Shown here: positions 42,907 to 53,599 of the stretch, piece after piece | Position numbering within the stretch: the stretch's first letter is position 1 | How the letters are laid out: each line of letters begins with the position of its first letter | DNA from: Trueperaceae bacterium | GTDB taxonomy: Bacteria; Deinococcota; Deinococci; Deinococcales; Trueperaceae | NCBI GenBank assembly: GCA_019454765.1 | Contig: JACFNR010000001.1 | Location: 100,790 to 164,789 of the forward strand | Direction of reading: 5' to 3' | Length of the DNA stretch: 64,000 nt | The notes under the pieces: generated by a model | The model's database searches: none | Told to the model about the DNA's origin: nothing | What the model saw: the letters and a program-made list of their open reading frames with translations, nothing else | Program-made: the position numbers and the translations under genes

Positions 42907-43968
42907 GTGATCTCGGGCACGCTCAAGACGTTCCCACTCGCCGACGTCTTCCAACTCGCGGCGCTCAGCCAGAAGTCGGGCATCCTGACGGTCGAGCGGA
43001 GCGGCGTGCGCGGTCGCGTCTACTTCGCCCAGGGTCGGGTCGCCTACGCCCACCTGTCGTCGACGGCGCACCTTGGCGAGGTGCTGATGCGCCTCGACCT
43101 GCTGACGGCCGTCGAGGTGCAGGAGATCCTCGCCGACCAGTCGCGCGAGAACGCCGGCACCCTGCTCGGGCGGATGGCGGTGGAGCGGGGCCTGCTCGAC
43201 GAGGCCGACCTCGAGCGCGCCATCGAGGCGCAAGCGTTCGACGTGGTCACCGAACTGTTGAGCTGGACGGACGGCGCCTTCGAGTTCACCGACGTCGATC
43301 CAGGTGCGTCGCAGGTCCCGCCCGGTCACGGCATCGACGCGGGCATGCTCATGATGCGCGTCGCGCAAGGCATCGAGGAGTTCAGGGAGTTCGGCGCGCC
43401 GCCCGAGGCCGTGTTCAAACGCTCGGGCGACCCCACCCTGGTGACCTTGCCTGCCGGCGGCTGGGAGGTGCTTGGCCAGGTCGACGGTCGGCGGTCCGCC
43501 CGCACGCTGGCGGCGGAGTCCGACATGCCCGAACGGCGCCTCCTGGCCGTCCTGGGGGAGCTCGAGAAGCTCGGGGTGATCGAGCGCTCGCCCTACCCGG
43601 CCGATGAGCCGCTCGTGCTGGTCGTGTCGGCCAGCCCGGCCTTGACCCGACTGATCACGCTCGCGTTGCGGCGCAGCGGCGTCCGCGCCGCTCACGTGGG
43701 GACCGCCGGCGACGTGTTCGCCGGCATCAACGAGCACCACCCCCGTGCGCTCGTGCTGGACGACGACGGCGCCGCGTGGGAGTTCGTCCGCGACCTGCGC
43801 AAGAGCGCCGCCCAGGGGCACCTGCCCGTGCTCGTCCTCGTCGACAAGGCGCCGCGCGGGGGGCTCTTCCGGCCGCTCCCGAAGGCCGAGTGGCTGCTGA
43901 AGCCGTTCGACGAGCTCGAGTTGCAGCGCCAGGTCGCCAACCTCGTGGGCGCGCCGAAGGCGCACTGA
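42907..43968 (+). CDS. PATAN (DUF4388) domain protein with C-terminal receiver-like domain
   Basis: The N-terminus is GTLKTFPLADVFQLAALSQKSGILTVER...VYFAQGRVAYA, typical of DUF4388. The C-terminus has a CheY-like layout (LVLVVSAS...LVLDDDG...LLKPF). Confidence 0.72.
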   Translation: MISGTLKTFPLADVFQLAALSQKSGILTVERSGVRGRVYFAQGRVAYAHLSSTAHLGEVLMRLDLLTAVEVQEILADQSRENAGTLLGRMAVERGLLDEADLERAIEAQAFDVVTELLSWTDGAFEFTDVDPGASQVPPGHGIDAGMLMMRVAQGIEEFREFGAPPEAVFKRSGDPTLVTLPAGGWEVLGQVDGRRSARTLAAESDMPERRLLAVLGELEKLGVIERSPYPADEPLVLVVSASPALTRLITLALRRSGVRAAHVGTAGDVFAGINEHHPRALVLDDDGAAWEFVRDLRKSAAQGHLPVLVLVDKAPRGGLFRPLPKAEWLLKPFDELELQRQVANLVGAPKAH

Positions 43969-44194
43969 GGCCGGCGCCGCGCGCGCTGAACCACGAACGC
44001 TGTGTAGCCTGCCGTGACGCCCGCAGCGCCGGCCGCGGCGGGCGCTGCTATCCTGCACGAGTAACGCGACGCAACCGCGACGAACTCGGGCCCGCCGAGG
44101 CCCGCGCGGCGCCGTGCCCGGCGCTGAGCGGTCGTGTCGGTTCGGCCGGGTCGGCCGCCCACCGCGACCGACCGGGCGGAGAGAGGTGACAGCC

Positions 44195-45469
44195 GTGAGG
44201 AGAACCCTGAGCCTGATCGTGATGCTGGTCCTGGCGGGCGCCGTGGCCGGCGCCCAGACCGTCGTGACGGTCGCGGCAGGCGCCGTCGGCCAGGAGCTGG
44301 AGCTGACGCGCGCCGCCGCCGAGCGGTACATGAAGCTCCACCCCGACGTGACCGTCAACGTCCTCGAGACGCCCGACCTCAGCGACAACCGCCTCGGTCT
44401 CTACCTGCAGATGTTCGAAGCCAAGTCCTCCGACGTCGACGTCTTCCAGATCGACGTCATCTGGCCGGGCGACCTGGCCGAGCACTTCGTCGACCTCTAC
44501 GACTACGGTGCCCGCGATGTCGCCAAGGAGCACTTCCCGGCCATCATCGAGAACAACACGGTCGACGGCCGCCTCATAGGCATCCCGTGGTTCACCGACG
44601 CCGGCCTCCTCTACTACCGCACCGACCTGCTCGAGAAGTACGGCTTCAGCGGCCCGCCAACCACCTGGGCCGAGCTGACGGACATGGCGAAGACCATCCA
44701 GGACGGCGAGCGCGCCGCCGGTAACCCGGACTTCTGGGGCTTCGTCTGGCAAGGCAACAGCTACGAGGGGCTGACCTGCGACGCGCTCGAGTGGGTGGCG
44801 TCGTACGGTGGCGGCTCCATCGTCAGCCCGGACGGCACCATCACCATCAACAACGACAAGGCCATCGCCGCCATCGACGAGGCCGCATCCTGGGTGGGCA
44901 CCATCTCCCCCAACGGCGTGACCAGCTTCGGGGAGGAAGAGGCCCGCAACATGTGGCAGGCCGGCAACGCGGCCTTCATGCGCAACTGGCCCTACGCCTA
45001 CAGCCTCGGCAACGCGGACGACAGCGTGATCAAGGGCAAGTTCGACGTCAACCCGCTGCCCGCCGGCCCGGGCGGCAAGCCCGCCGCGACGCTCGGTGGC
45101 TGGCAGCTCGCCGTCTCCAAGTACAGCAAGAACCCGGCGGCGGCGGCGGACGTGGCGCTGTTCCTCGCTTCGTACGACGAGCAGAAGATCCGCGCCGTCG
45201 AGGGCTCCCTCAACCCAACCATCATGGCCCTCTACCAGGATCCCGACGTCCTGGCGGCAGTACCCTTCTTCGGCTCGCTCTACGACGTGTTCACCAACGC
45301 CGTGGCGCGACCCTCCACCGCCACGGCGCCGGACTACGCCGCCGTGTCGCGCGCCTTCTACTCGGCCGTCCATAGCGTGTTGACGGGCCAGGCCACCGCG
45401 GCGGACGCGGTCGCCGAGATCGAGGCGGACGTCGAAGACATCACGGGCTTCCCGACCGGCCAACCGTGA
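44195..45469 (+). CDS. Sugar ABC transporter substrate-binding protein (family 1 SBP, trehalose/maltose-like)
   Basis: Has a signal peptide (LSLIVMLVLAGAVAGAQ) and the SBP_bac_1 pattern (IDVIWPGDLAEH, GIPWFTDAGLLYYR). GTG 44195 has GGAGAGAGG upstream; GTG 44186 is an alternative start. Confidence 0.85.
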   Translation: MRRTLSLIVMLVLAGAVAGAQTVVTVAAGAVGQELELTRAAAERYMKLHPDVTVNVLETPDLSDNRLGLYLQMFEAKSSDVDVFQIDVIWPGDLAEHFVDLYDYGARDVAKEHFPAIIENNTVDGRLIGIPWFTDAGLLYYRTDLLEKYGFSGPPTTWAELTDMAKTIQDGERAAGNPDFWGFVWQGNSYEGLTCDALEWVASYGGGSIVSPDGTITINNDKAIAAIDEAASWVGTISPNGVTSFGEEEARNMWQAGNAAFMRNWPYAYSLGNADDSVIKGKFDVNPLPAGPGGKPAATLGGWQLAVSKYSKNPAAAADVALFLASYDEQKIRAVEGSLNPTIMALYQDPDVLAAVPFFGSLYDVFTNAVARPSTATAPDYAAVSRAFYSAVHSVLTGQATAADAVAEIEADVEDITGFPTGQP

Positions 45470-45541
45470 CCATCGCCCCGCGGCGCCGCCGGCCGCGGTG
45501 CGCCGGGCGCCGGAGCTCCCGGCGCCACCGCTGGAGGACAG

Positions 45542-46678
45542 ATGCAGGACGCCCATGAGGCGCCGACGCCGCCCGCCGCCCTCCCCCTCGACGGGGAGGG
45601 CGGCGGCGGTCGCGGGCGCCCCAAGAAGAACGGCGTCTCGCGCCTGATGCGCCTGGAGCGGCGCACCGCCTACCTGCTGCTGCTCCCCACCTTCCTCGTC
45701 CTGGCGGTCATCGCCGCCTACCCGTTCGGTCAAGTCGTCTACTCGAGCCTGACCGACGCCAAGTTCGCGAGTTCGCAGCCCACCAGCTTCGTGGGTCTCG
45801 ACAACTACCGCACGCTCTTCGCCATGACCATCAGGCGCCTCCCCCCGAAGCTGGACGAGTCGGGCGCGCCCGTGCTGGTCGACGGCAAGGTCAGGTACGA
45901 GTCGGCGGTGTCGGTCCTGCCCCGCTCGCCGCGGCGCTACCGTCAGGTCTTCCAGTTCGGGCTGCTGGGCCACCGTTACGTCCTCGGCGCCGTGAGCGCC
46001 GACTTCGTGCGCGCCGTGTGGGACACGGTCGTGTTCACCGTCGTCGCCGTGGCGCTCGAGACCATCCTCGGCATGATCATCGCGCTCACGTTGAGCAGCG
46101 AGTTCCGCGGTCGCGGCGCCATGCGAGCGGCGATGCTCGTGCCTTGGGCCGTGATAACGGTGGTATCGGCCCGCATCTGGGAGTGGATGTTGCAGCCGAC
46201 GCGAGCGGGGCTCTTCAACGCCCTCGGGTCGTACCTGGGCCTCAGCGAGGGCCGCACCGACTTCTTCGGCAACCCCACGCTGCAGCTTCCCAGCATGATC
46301 ATGATGGACGTCTGGAAGACGACGCCGTTCATGGCGCTACTTCTCCTGGCCGGGCTCGCCACCATCCCCGCCGAGTACGCCGAGGCGGCCAAGGTCGACG
46401 GGGCGGGTCCGCTTAGGCGCTTCTTCCGGATCACCCTGCCCCTCCTCACCCCGACCCTGGCCGTCGCGCTCATCTTCAGGACGCTCGACTCACTGCGGGT
46501 CTTCGACATCTTCCAGGTCGTGCTCGGCAACCAGCGCTACTCGATGGCGAGCTTCGCGCAGGACATGCTCATCAGCCGGCGCGACATGGGGCTGTCGTCC
46601 GCCGCCTCCGTCACGATCTTCGTGATCATCTTCGTGTTCGCGCTCCTCTACGTGCGCTCCATGAAGGTCGACACGTGA
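45542..46678 (+). CDS. Sugar ABC transporter permease (MalF/ThuF-like)
   Basis: Polytopic, with the EAA loop AEYAEAAKVDGAGPLRRFFRITLPLL. The N-terminal ~35 aa are uncertain. Confidence 0.85.
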   Translation: MQDAHEAPTPPAALPLDGEGGGGRGRPKKNGVSRLMRLERRTAYLLLLPTFLVLAVIAAYPFGQVVYSSLTDAKFASSQPTSFVGLDNYRTLFAMTIRRLPPKLDESGAPVLVDGKVRYESAVSVLPRSPRRYRQVFQFGLLGHRYVLGAVSADFVRAVWDTVVFTVVAVALETILGMIIALTLSSEFRGRGAMRAAMLVPWAVITVVSARIWEWMLQPTRAGLFNALGSYLGLSEGRTDFFGNPTLQLPSMIMMDVWKTTPFMALLLLAGLATIPAEYAEAAKVDGAGPLRRFFRITLPLLTPTLAVALIFRTLDSLRVFDIFQVVLGNQRYSMASFAQDMLISRRDMGLSSAASVTIFVIIFVFALLYVRSMKVDT

Positions 46679-47550
46679 CCGGGCGAAGGGTGGCGAGGAC
46701 GCGGCGGCGGCGGGTGGCGCTGCGCGTCACGGGCCGCGTGCTCTTCTGGCTGCTGATCGCCGTGCTGCTCGTCTACCTCCTGTTCCCGTTCTACTGGGCG
46801 CTCGTCTCGGCTCTCAAGACGCAGACGGAGCTGATCAGGACGCCCGCCACCCTCTGGCCCGAGAACCCCGTGCTCGCCAACTTCCGTTCGGTGCTCGGCA
46901 ACGACCGCTTCGTCCGCGCGCTGGGCGTGTCGACGCTCGTGGCGTCGAGCGTCACGCTGCTGTCGCTCCTCGTCGGCGCCGTCGCCGGCTACGCCCTCGG
47001 CAAGATGCGCTTCCAGGGCCGCGGCGCCTCCCTCTACGTCATCCTCGCCATGACGATGTTCCCGCAGATCGCCGTGTTGGCCGGCCTGTACGCGGTGATC
47101 CGGTTGCTCGGCATGCCGGCCGTACCCAGCATGATCCTCTCCTACATGCTCTTCACCCTGCCGTTCACGGTGTGGGTGCTGACGTCGTTCTTCAAGGGTC
47201 TACCGGATTCGCTCCTCCAGGCCGCGCAGGTGGACGGCGCCACGCTCCTCCAGGCGTTCCGCCACGTTCTGCTGCCGCTCACCGCCCCCGCCCTCGTAAC
47301 CACGGGCCTGCTGGCGTTCATCCAGGCGTGGAACGAGTACCTCTTCGCCCTCACCTTCACGGTGATCGACCCGCCCGCGCGCACCGTGCCGGTCGCCATC
47401 GCGCTGTTCACGGGCGAGATCGCCCGCCAGGAACCGTTCGGCGAGATCATGGCCGCGGCCGTCATCGTCACCATCCCGCTCGTGCTCCTGGTCCTGATCT
47501 TCCAGCAACGCATCGTGGCCGGGCTGACCGCGGGCGCCGTCAAGGGCTGA
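46675..47550 (+). CDS. Sugar ABC transporter permease (MalG/ThuG-like)
   Basis: Has the EAA loop SLLQAAQVDGATLLQAFRHVLLPL. The start overlaps the upstream stop (GTGA). Confidence 0.88.
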   Translation: MTGRRVARTRRRRVALRVTGRVLFWLLIAVLLVYLLFPFYWALVSALKTQTELIRTPATLWPENPVLANFRSVLGNDRFVRALGVSTLVASSVTLLSLLVGAVAGYALGKMRFQGRGASLYVILAMTMFPQIAVLAGLYAVIRLLGMPAVPSMILSYMLFTLPFTVWVLTSFFKGLPDSLLQAAQVDGATLLQAFRHVLLPLTAPALVTTGLLAFIQAWNEYLFALTFTVIDPPARTVPVAIALFTGEIARQEPFGEIMAAAVIVTIPLVLLVLIFQQRIVAGLTAGAVKG

Positions 47551-47556
47551 GCGCGC

Positions 47557-49533
47557 TCAGCCGCCGGCGGCCAAGCGCTCGAGGCGCTCGGCGATGGCGT
47601 CGAGCGCCTCGGGGTTCGCCACCGCCTCCCGGCCGGGCACCGTCTCGCCGTTGACCAGGCGGGCGACGGCGAGCTCCATCGTCTTGCCCGAGCGGGTGCG
47701 GGGCAGCGCCGGCACGTCGACCACCACCTTGGGGACGTGGCGGGGCGACGTGGCCGCCCTGATCGCGCCCTTCACCCGCGCCACGAGCTCGGCGTCCAGG
47801 CGCGCGCCGGGCCGCAGGGTGACGAGCAGCCACACCTCCTGGTCGCCGGGCACCCGCCGCGCCACGGCAACGGCCTCCGCCACCTCGGGCACCGCCTCGA
47901 GGGGGCGGTAGATCTCGGCGGTGCCGATGCGCACCCCGCCCGGGTTGAGGGTCGCGTCCGAGCGGCCGAACACCACCAACCCACCGCCTGCGGTGCGCTC
48001 CACCAGGTCGCCGTGGCGCCACAGGCCGGGGTAGACCCCGAAGTAGGCCGCCTCGTAGCGCTGGAAGTCGGGGTCGTCGAGGAAACGCAGCGGCATCGAC
48101 GGCAGCGGCGCAGCGCACACGAGCTCACCGGGCCGGCCCACCACTTCGGCGCCCGCCTCGTCAAGCACCCGCAGGTCCACCCCGAGGCCCGGCCCCTGGA
48201 TCTCGCCGGCGCGCACCGGCAGGATCGGGACGCCGAGCATGAAGCAGCTGACGATGTCGGTGCCACCCGATATCGACGCGAGGTGCACGTCGGCCTTCAC
48301 GTGGCGGTAAACGTACTCGAAGCCGCTCGGCGGTAGCGGCGACCCGGTGGAGGCGACGGTGCGCAGCGTTCCCAACCGGCAAGCCGCGCCGGGCTCGACT
48401 CCCTGCCGGTGTAGCTCCTGCAGGAAGCGGGCACTGGTGCCGAAGAACGTCACGCCCAGCCGCGCGGCCAGGCGCCAGGTCGCCAACGGATCGGGGTGGG
48501 CGGGCGAACCGTCGTAGAGCACGATGGTGGCGCCGGAGGCGAGGGCGGAGACGAGCCAGTTCCACATCATCCAGCCCGTGGTCGTGTAGTAGTACACGAC
48601 GTCGCCGGGCCTGACGTCCGAGTGGAGCGCGTGCTCCTTCCTGTGAGTCAGGAGGGCGCCGCCCGCGCGGTGGACCATGGCCTTCGGCGCGCCCGTCGTC
48701 CCCGAGCTATACAACACGTACAGGGGGTGATCGAACGGCACCTGGGCGAAGCCGAGCGGAGCGCCCGCGAAGGGCGCCACCCAGTCGTCCCAGGCCTGCG
48801 CGCCGGTGAGCCGCGGCCCCTCCCCCGGGTAGACGAGCTCCACGAGGCGCGCCGCGGTGGGCAGCCTGCCGGCCAGCGCGGTCACGGTGGCGCTCGTGTC
48901 GAAGAGCTTCCCGCCGTAGCGGTAGGCGCCGCTCGCGAAGAGGACCTTCGGCGCCACCTGACCGAAGCGCGCGGCAGCCGCGTCCGCGCCGAAGTCGGGC
49001 GAGCAGGAGGTGAACGCGGCACCGAGGGAGGCGGCCGCCAACAGGGCGACGACGGTCTCGGGCAGGTTGGCGGCGAACGCCGCCACGGCGTCGCCCTCCC
49101 CCACCCCGGCGTCGGCGAGCGCGGCACGCGTGGCGGCCACGGCGCGCCGCAGCTCCTCCCAGCCGACCCGGCGCTCGCTGCCCGCCTCGGTCACGGCGAC
49201 GATGGCGGTGCCCGCCGGCGTCACCCCGCGAGGCTCCAGGAGCGCCTGCGCGTAGTTGAGGGTGCTGCCCTCGAACCAGCGCGTGCGCGGCATCGGGTCG
49301 GCCGACCTCACGGCCGCGCCTCTGGTCGCGAACGGCAGGCCCAGCTCGTCGGCCAGGAGGCCCCAGAAGGGCCCGGGGTGCGCCACGCTCCAGGCGTGCA
49401 GGGCGAAGTAGTCGGGGAGCGCCTCCCCCGCCGCGCGCTCGGCCGCGCGCCTGAAGGCGTCCATGGCGGAGGCGGCGACGCGCTCGGGAGACGGCGTCCA
49501 CAGCACCGCCCCGGCTGACGGCTCGTTCGGCAT
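47557..49533 (-). CDS. Acetoacetate--CoA ligase (acetoacetyl-CoA synthetase)
   Basis: The N-terminus is VLWTPSPERVAASAMDAF...WSVAHPGPFW, and the AMP-binding motif YSSGTTGAPK is present. The start is ATG 49533, with AGGAG upstream. 658 aa. Confidence 0.85.
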   Translation of the reverse strand: MPNEPSAGAVLWTPSPERVAASAMDAFRRAAERAAGEALPDYFALHAWSVAHPGPFWGLLADELGLPFATRGAAVRSADPMPRTRWFEGSTLNYAQALLEPRGVTPAGTAIVAVTEAGSERRVGWEELRRAVAATRAALADAGVGEGDAVAAFAANLPETVVALLAAASLGAAFTSCSPDFGADAAAARFGQVAPKVLFASGAYRYGGKLFDTSATVTALAGRLPTAARLVELVYPGEGPRLTGAQAWDDWVAPFAGAPLGFAQVPFDHPLYVLYSSGTTGAPKAMVHRAGGALLTHRKEHALHSDVRPGDVVYYYTTTGWMMWNWLVSALASGATIVLYDGSPAHPDPLATWRLAARLGVTFFGTSARFLQELHRQGVEPGAACRLGTLRTVASTGSPLPPSGFEYVYRHVKADVHLASISGGTDIVSCFMLGVPILPVRAGEIQGPGLGVDLRVLDEAGAEVVGRPGELVCAAPLPSMPLRFLDDPDFQRYEAAYFGVYPGLWRHGDLVERTAGGGLVVFGRSDATLNPGGVRIGTAEIYRPLEAVPEVAEAVAVARRVPGDQEVWLLVTLRPGARLDAELVARVKGAIRAATSPRHVPKVVVDVPALPRTRSGKTMELAVARLVNGETVPGREAVANPEALDAIAERLERLAAGG

Positions 49534-49599
49534 GAGGCTCACTCCTCTGGGGGCCGGGCGGGGGCCGGGCGCCGGCCGCGTCACACTGCGGGCACTTCG

Positions 49600-51444
49600 G
49601 TGTCCAGTGTACCCTTGGGCATGCTCTCTCGCGGCGGTCGCGCCGCCTCGCAGGACGGGCGTCGCAAGGTGACGAGGGCCGACTGGTCGCAGTTGCGGCG
49701 CGCCGCCACCTTCCTGCGCCCGCACCGCGGCGCGCTGGCCGGCGGCATCGTCGCCGTGGCGCTGGCGGGCGGCCTCGGGCTGGTCTTCCCACTGTTGATC
49801 AGGGACCTCCTGAACTCCGCCTTCGCGCCCGGGGCGGCCAGCGACCTGGCGCGGGGCGAACTCGACCGCGTGGCGCTCCTGCTTCTCGGCCTGATGCTCG
49901 TGCAGGCGGTCTTCAACTACCTGCGCATGTACCTGCTGGGGCGCGTGGGGGAGGCGGTGGTGGCCGACGTGCGCAAGCGCGTCTTCGCTCACCTGCTCGG
50001 CCTGTCGGTGCGCTTCTTCGAGGACCGGCGCACGGGCGAGATCACCTCGCGCCTGACGGCCGACATCGCCACCCTGCAGGGCGCCGTCTCGCTGCAACTG
50101 GCGCAGTTCGTGAACCAGGGGGTCACGCTCGTCGGAGGCCTGGCCGTGCTGCTCTTCCTCGAGTGGCGCCTCACCCTCCTGATGCTCGCCGTCATCCCGG
50201 CGTTGGTCGTGGCGGCCGCCGTGTTCAGCCGCGGCCTCAGGCGCTATAGCACGCGTTTCCAGGACGACCTGGCGGCCGCCAACGCCGCCGCCGAAGAGGC
50301 CATGACGTCGATCCGGGTCGTCAAGTCGTTCACGGCGGAGCGCCTCGAGGAGCGTCGCTACGCGCAGGCCATCGATCGCTCGTACGGCAGCGCCCTGAAG
50401 CGGGTGACGCTCCGCGCCTACTTCGTGCCTGCGGTCATCCTCGGGATGTCGCTCGGCCTCGCGCTCGTCCTCTGGTACGGCGGGCAGCTGGCGGTCGCCG
50501 GGGCGCTGAAGAGCGGCGACCTGGTGGCCTTCCTCCTCATCACGGTGTTCGTGGCGGGCAGCATCGGTACCTTCACGGACCTATGGGCCCAACTGCAGCA
50601 GGCCATCGGGGCGTCGCGCCGCATCTTCGAGCTGCTCGATGAGACGACCGACCTGCCCGAGCCGGCTCACCCGGTGACGCTCCCGAGCGTGCGGGGCGAG
50701 GTGCGGTTCGAGGGCGTCTCGTTCGGCTACGGCCGGGGTGGCGCCGCCGTGCTTCACGGCGTGGACCTGGTGGCCAGGCCGGGCGAGGTCGTGGCGCTGG
50801 TCGGTCCTAGTGGCGCCGGCAAGAGCACGCTCGTGAGCCTCGTCTCCCGCTTCTACGACGTCGACGCCGGCCGGGTCACGCTCGACGGGGTCGACGTGCG
50901 GCGGCTCGCTACCGCGGACCTGCGCGCCCTCATCGGGCTGGTGCCGCAGGAGACGCAGCTCTTCTCCGGCTCTGTGCTCGAGAACGTTCGTTACGGTCGC
51001 CCGAGCGCGGGCGACGAGGAGGTAAAGGAGGCGTGCGTCGCGGCCAACGCCGACGGGTTCGTGGAGGCGTTGCCCCACGGCTACGCCACGCAGGTCGGCG
51101 AGCGCGGCGCGCTCCTCTCGGGCGGGCAGCGGCAACGGCTCGCCATCGCCCGAGCGTTGCTCAAAGACCCGAGGATCCTCATCCTCGACGAGGCGACCAG
51201 TTCGCTCGACAGCGAGTCGGAGGCGCTCGTCCAGGCGGCGCTCGAGGTCCTGATGCGGGGGCGGACCACCTTCGTCATCGCCCATCGCCTCGCCACGGTG
51301 AGGCGCGCCGATCGCATCCTCGTGCTGGCGGGCGGGCGGATCGTGGAGAGCGGAGCACACGACGAGCTGCTGGCCGCCGAGGGGGTGTACGCCGACCTCT
51401 ACCAGCTGCAGTTCGCCGGCGGGGCGCCCGTGGCGGCGCGGTAG
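49600..51444 (+). CDS. ABC exporter, fused permease/ATPase (MsbA/multidrug-like)
   Basis: Has six N-terminal TM helices, Walker A GPSGAGKST and the signature LSGGQRQRLAIARAL. ATG 49621 is an alternative start. Confidence 0.88.
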   Translation: MSSVPLGMLSRGGRAASQDGRRKVTRADWSQLRRAATFLRPHRGALAGGIVAVALAGGLGLVFPLLIRDLLNSAFAPGAASDLARGELDRVALLLLGLMLVQAVFNYLRMYLLGRVGEAVVADVRKRVFAHLLGLSVRFFEDRRTGEITSRLTADIATLQGAVSLQLAQFVNQGVTLVGGLAVLLFLEWRLTLLMLAVIPALVVAAAVFSRGLRRYSTRFQDDLAAANAAAEEAMTSIRVVKSFTAERLEERRYAQAIDRSYGSALKRVTLRAYFVPAVILGMSLGLALVLWYGGQLAVAGALKSGDLVAFLLITVFVAGSIGTFTDLWAQLQQAIGASRRIFELLDETTDLPEPAHPVTLPSVRGEVRFEGVSFGYGRGGAAVLHGVDLVARPGEVVALVGPSGAGKSTLVSLVSRFYDVDAGRVTLDGVDVRRLATADLRALIGLVPQETQLFSGSVLENVRYGRPSAGDEEVKEACVAANADGFVEALPHGYATQVGERGALLSGGQRQRLAIARALLKDPRILILDEATSSLDSESEALVQAALEVLMRGRTTFVIAHRLATVRRADRILVLAGGRIVESGAHDELLAAEGVYADLYQLQFAGGAPVAAR

Positions 51445-51490
51445 CCCCGGCGGGTCGGCGCACCGCCGCCGCCGCGTAGAATGACGGGTC

Positions 51491-53578
<2,088 letters not shown>

Positions 53579-53599
53579 GGCGAGCGCAGCGCGGCAGGG

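Noticed and set aside
43969-44194. 226-nt highly structured intergenic region upstream of the sugar ABC operon, considered as an sRNA or riboswitch
   Set aside because: There are several 6-bp GC stems but no promoter or terminator signals and no recognisable riboswitch core. Such stems are expected by chance at about 70% GC.
42775-45973. 537-aa and 641-aa minus-strand ORFs (42775..44388, 44048..45973)
   Set aside because: They are antisense to the PATAN gene and the sugar-binding protein gene. They have low-complexity Arg/Gly/Ala content and no recognisable domains.
47557-50097. 846-aa version of the acetoacetyl-CoA synthetase ORF
   Set aside because: The extension overlaps the divergent ABC exporter gene and is not AACS-like. 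ATG 49533 has an AGGAG ribosome-binding site and gives the conserved N-terminus.
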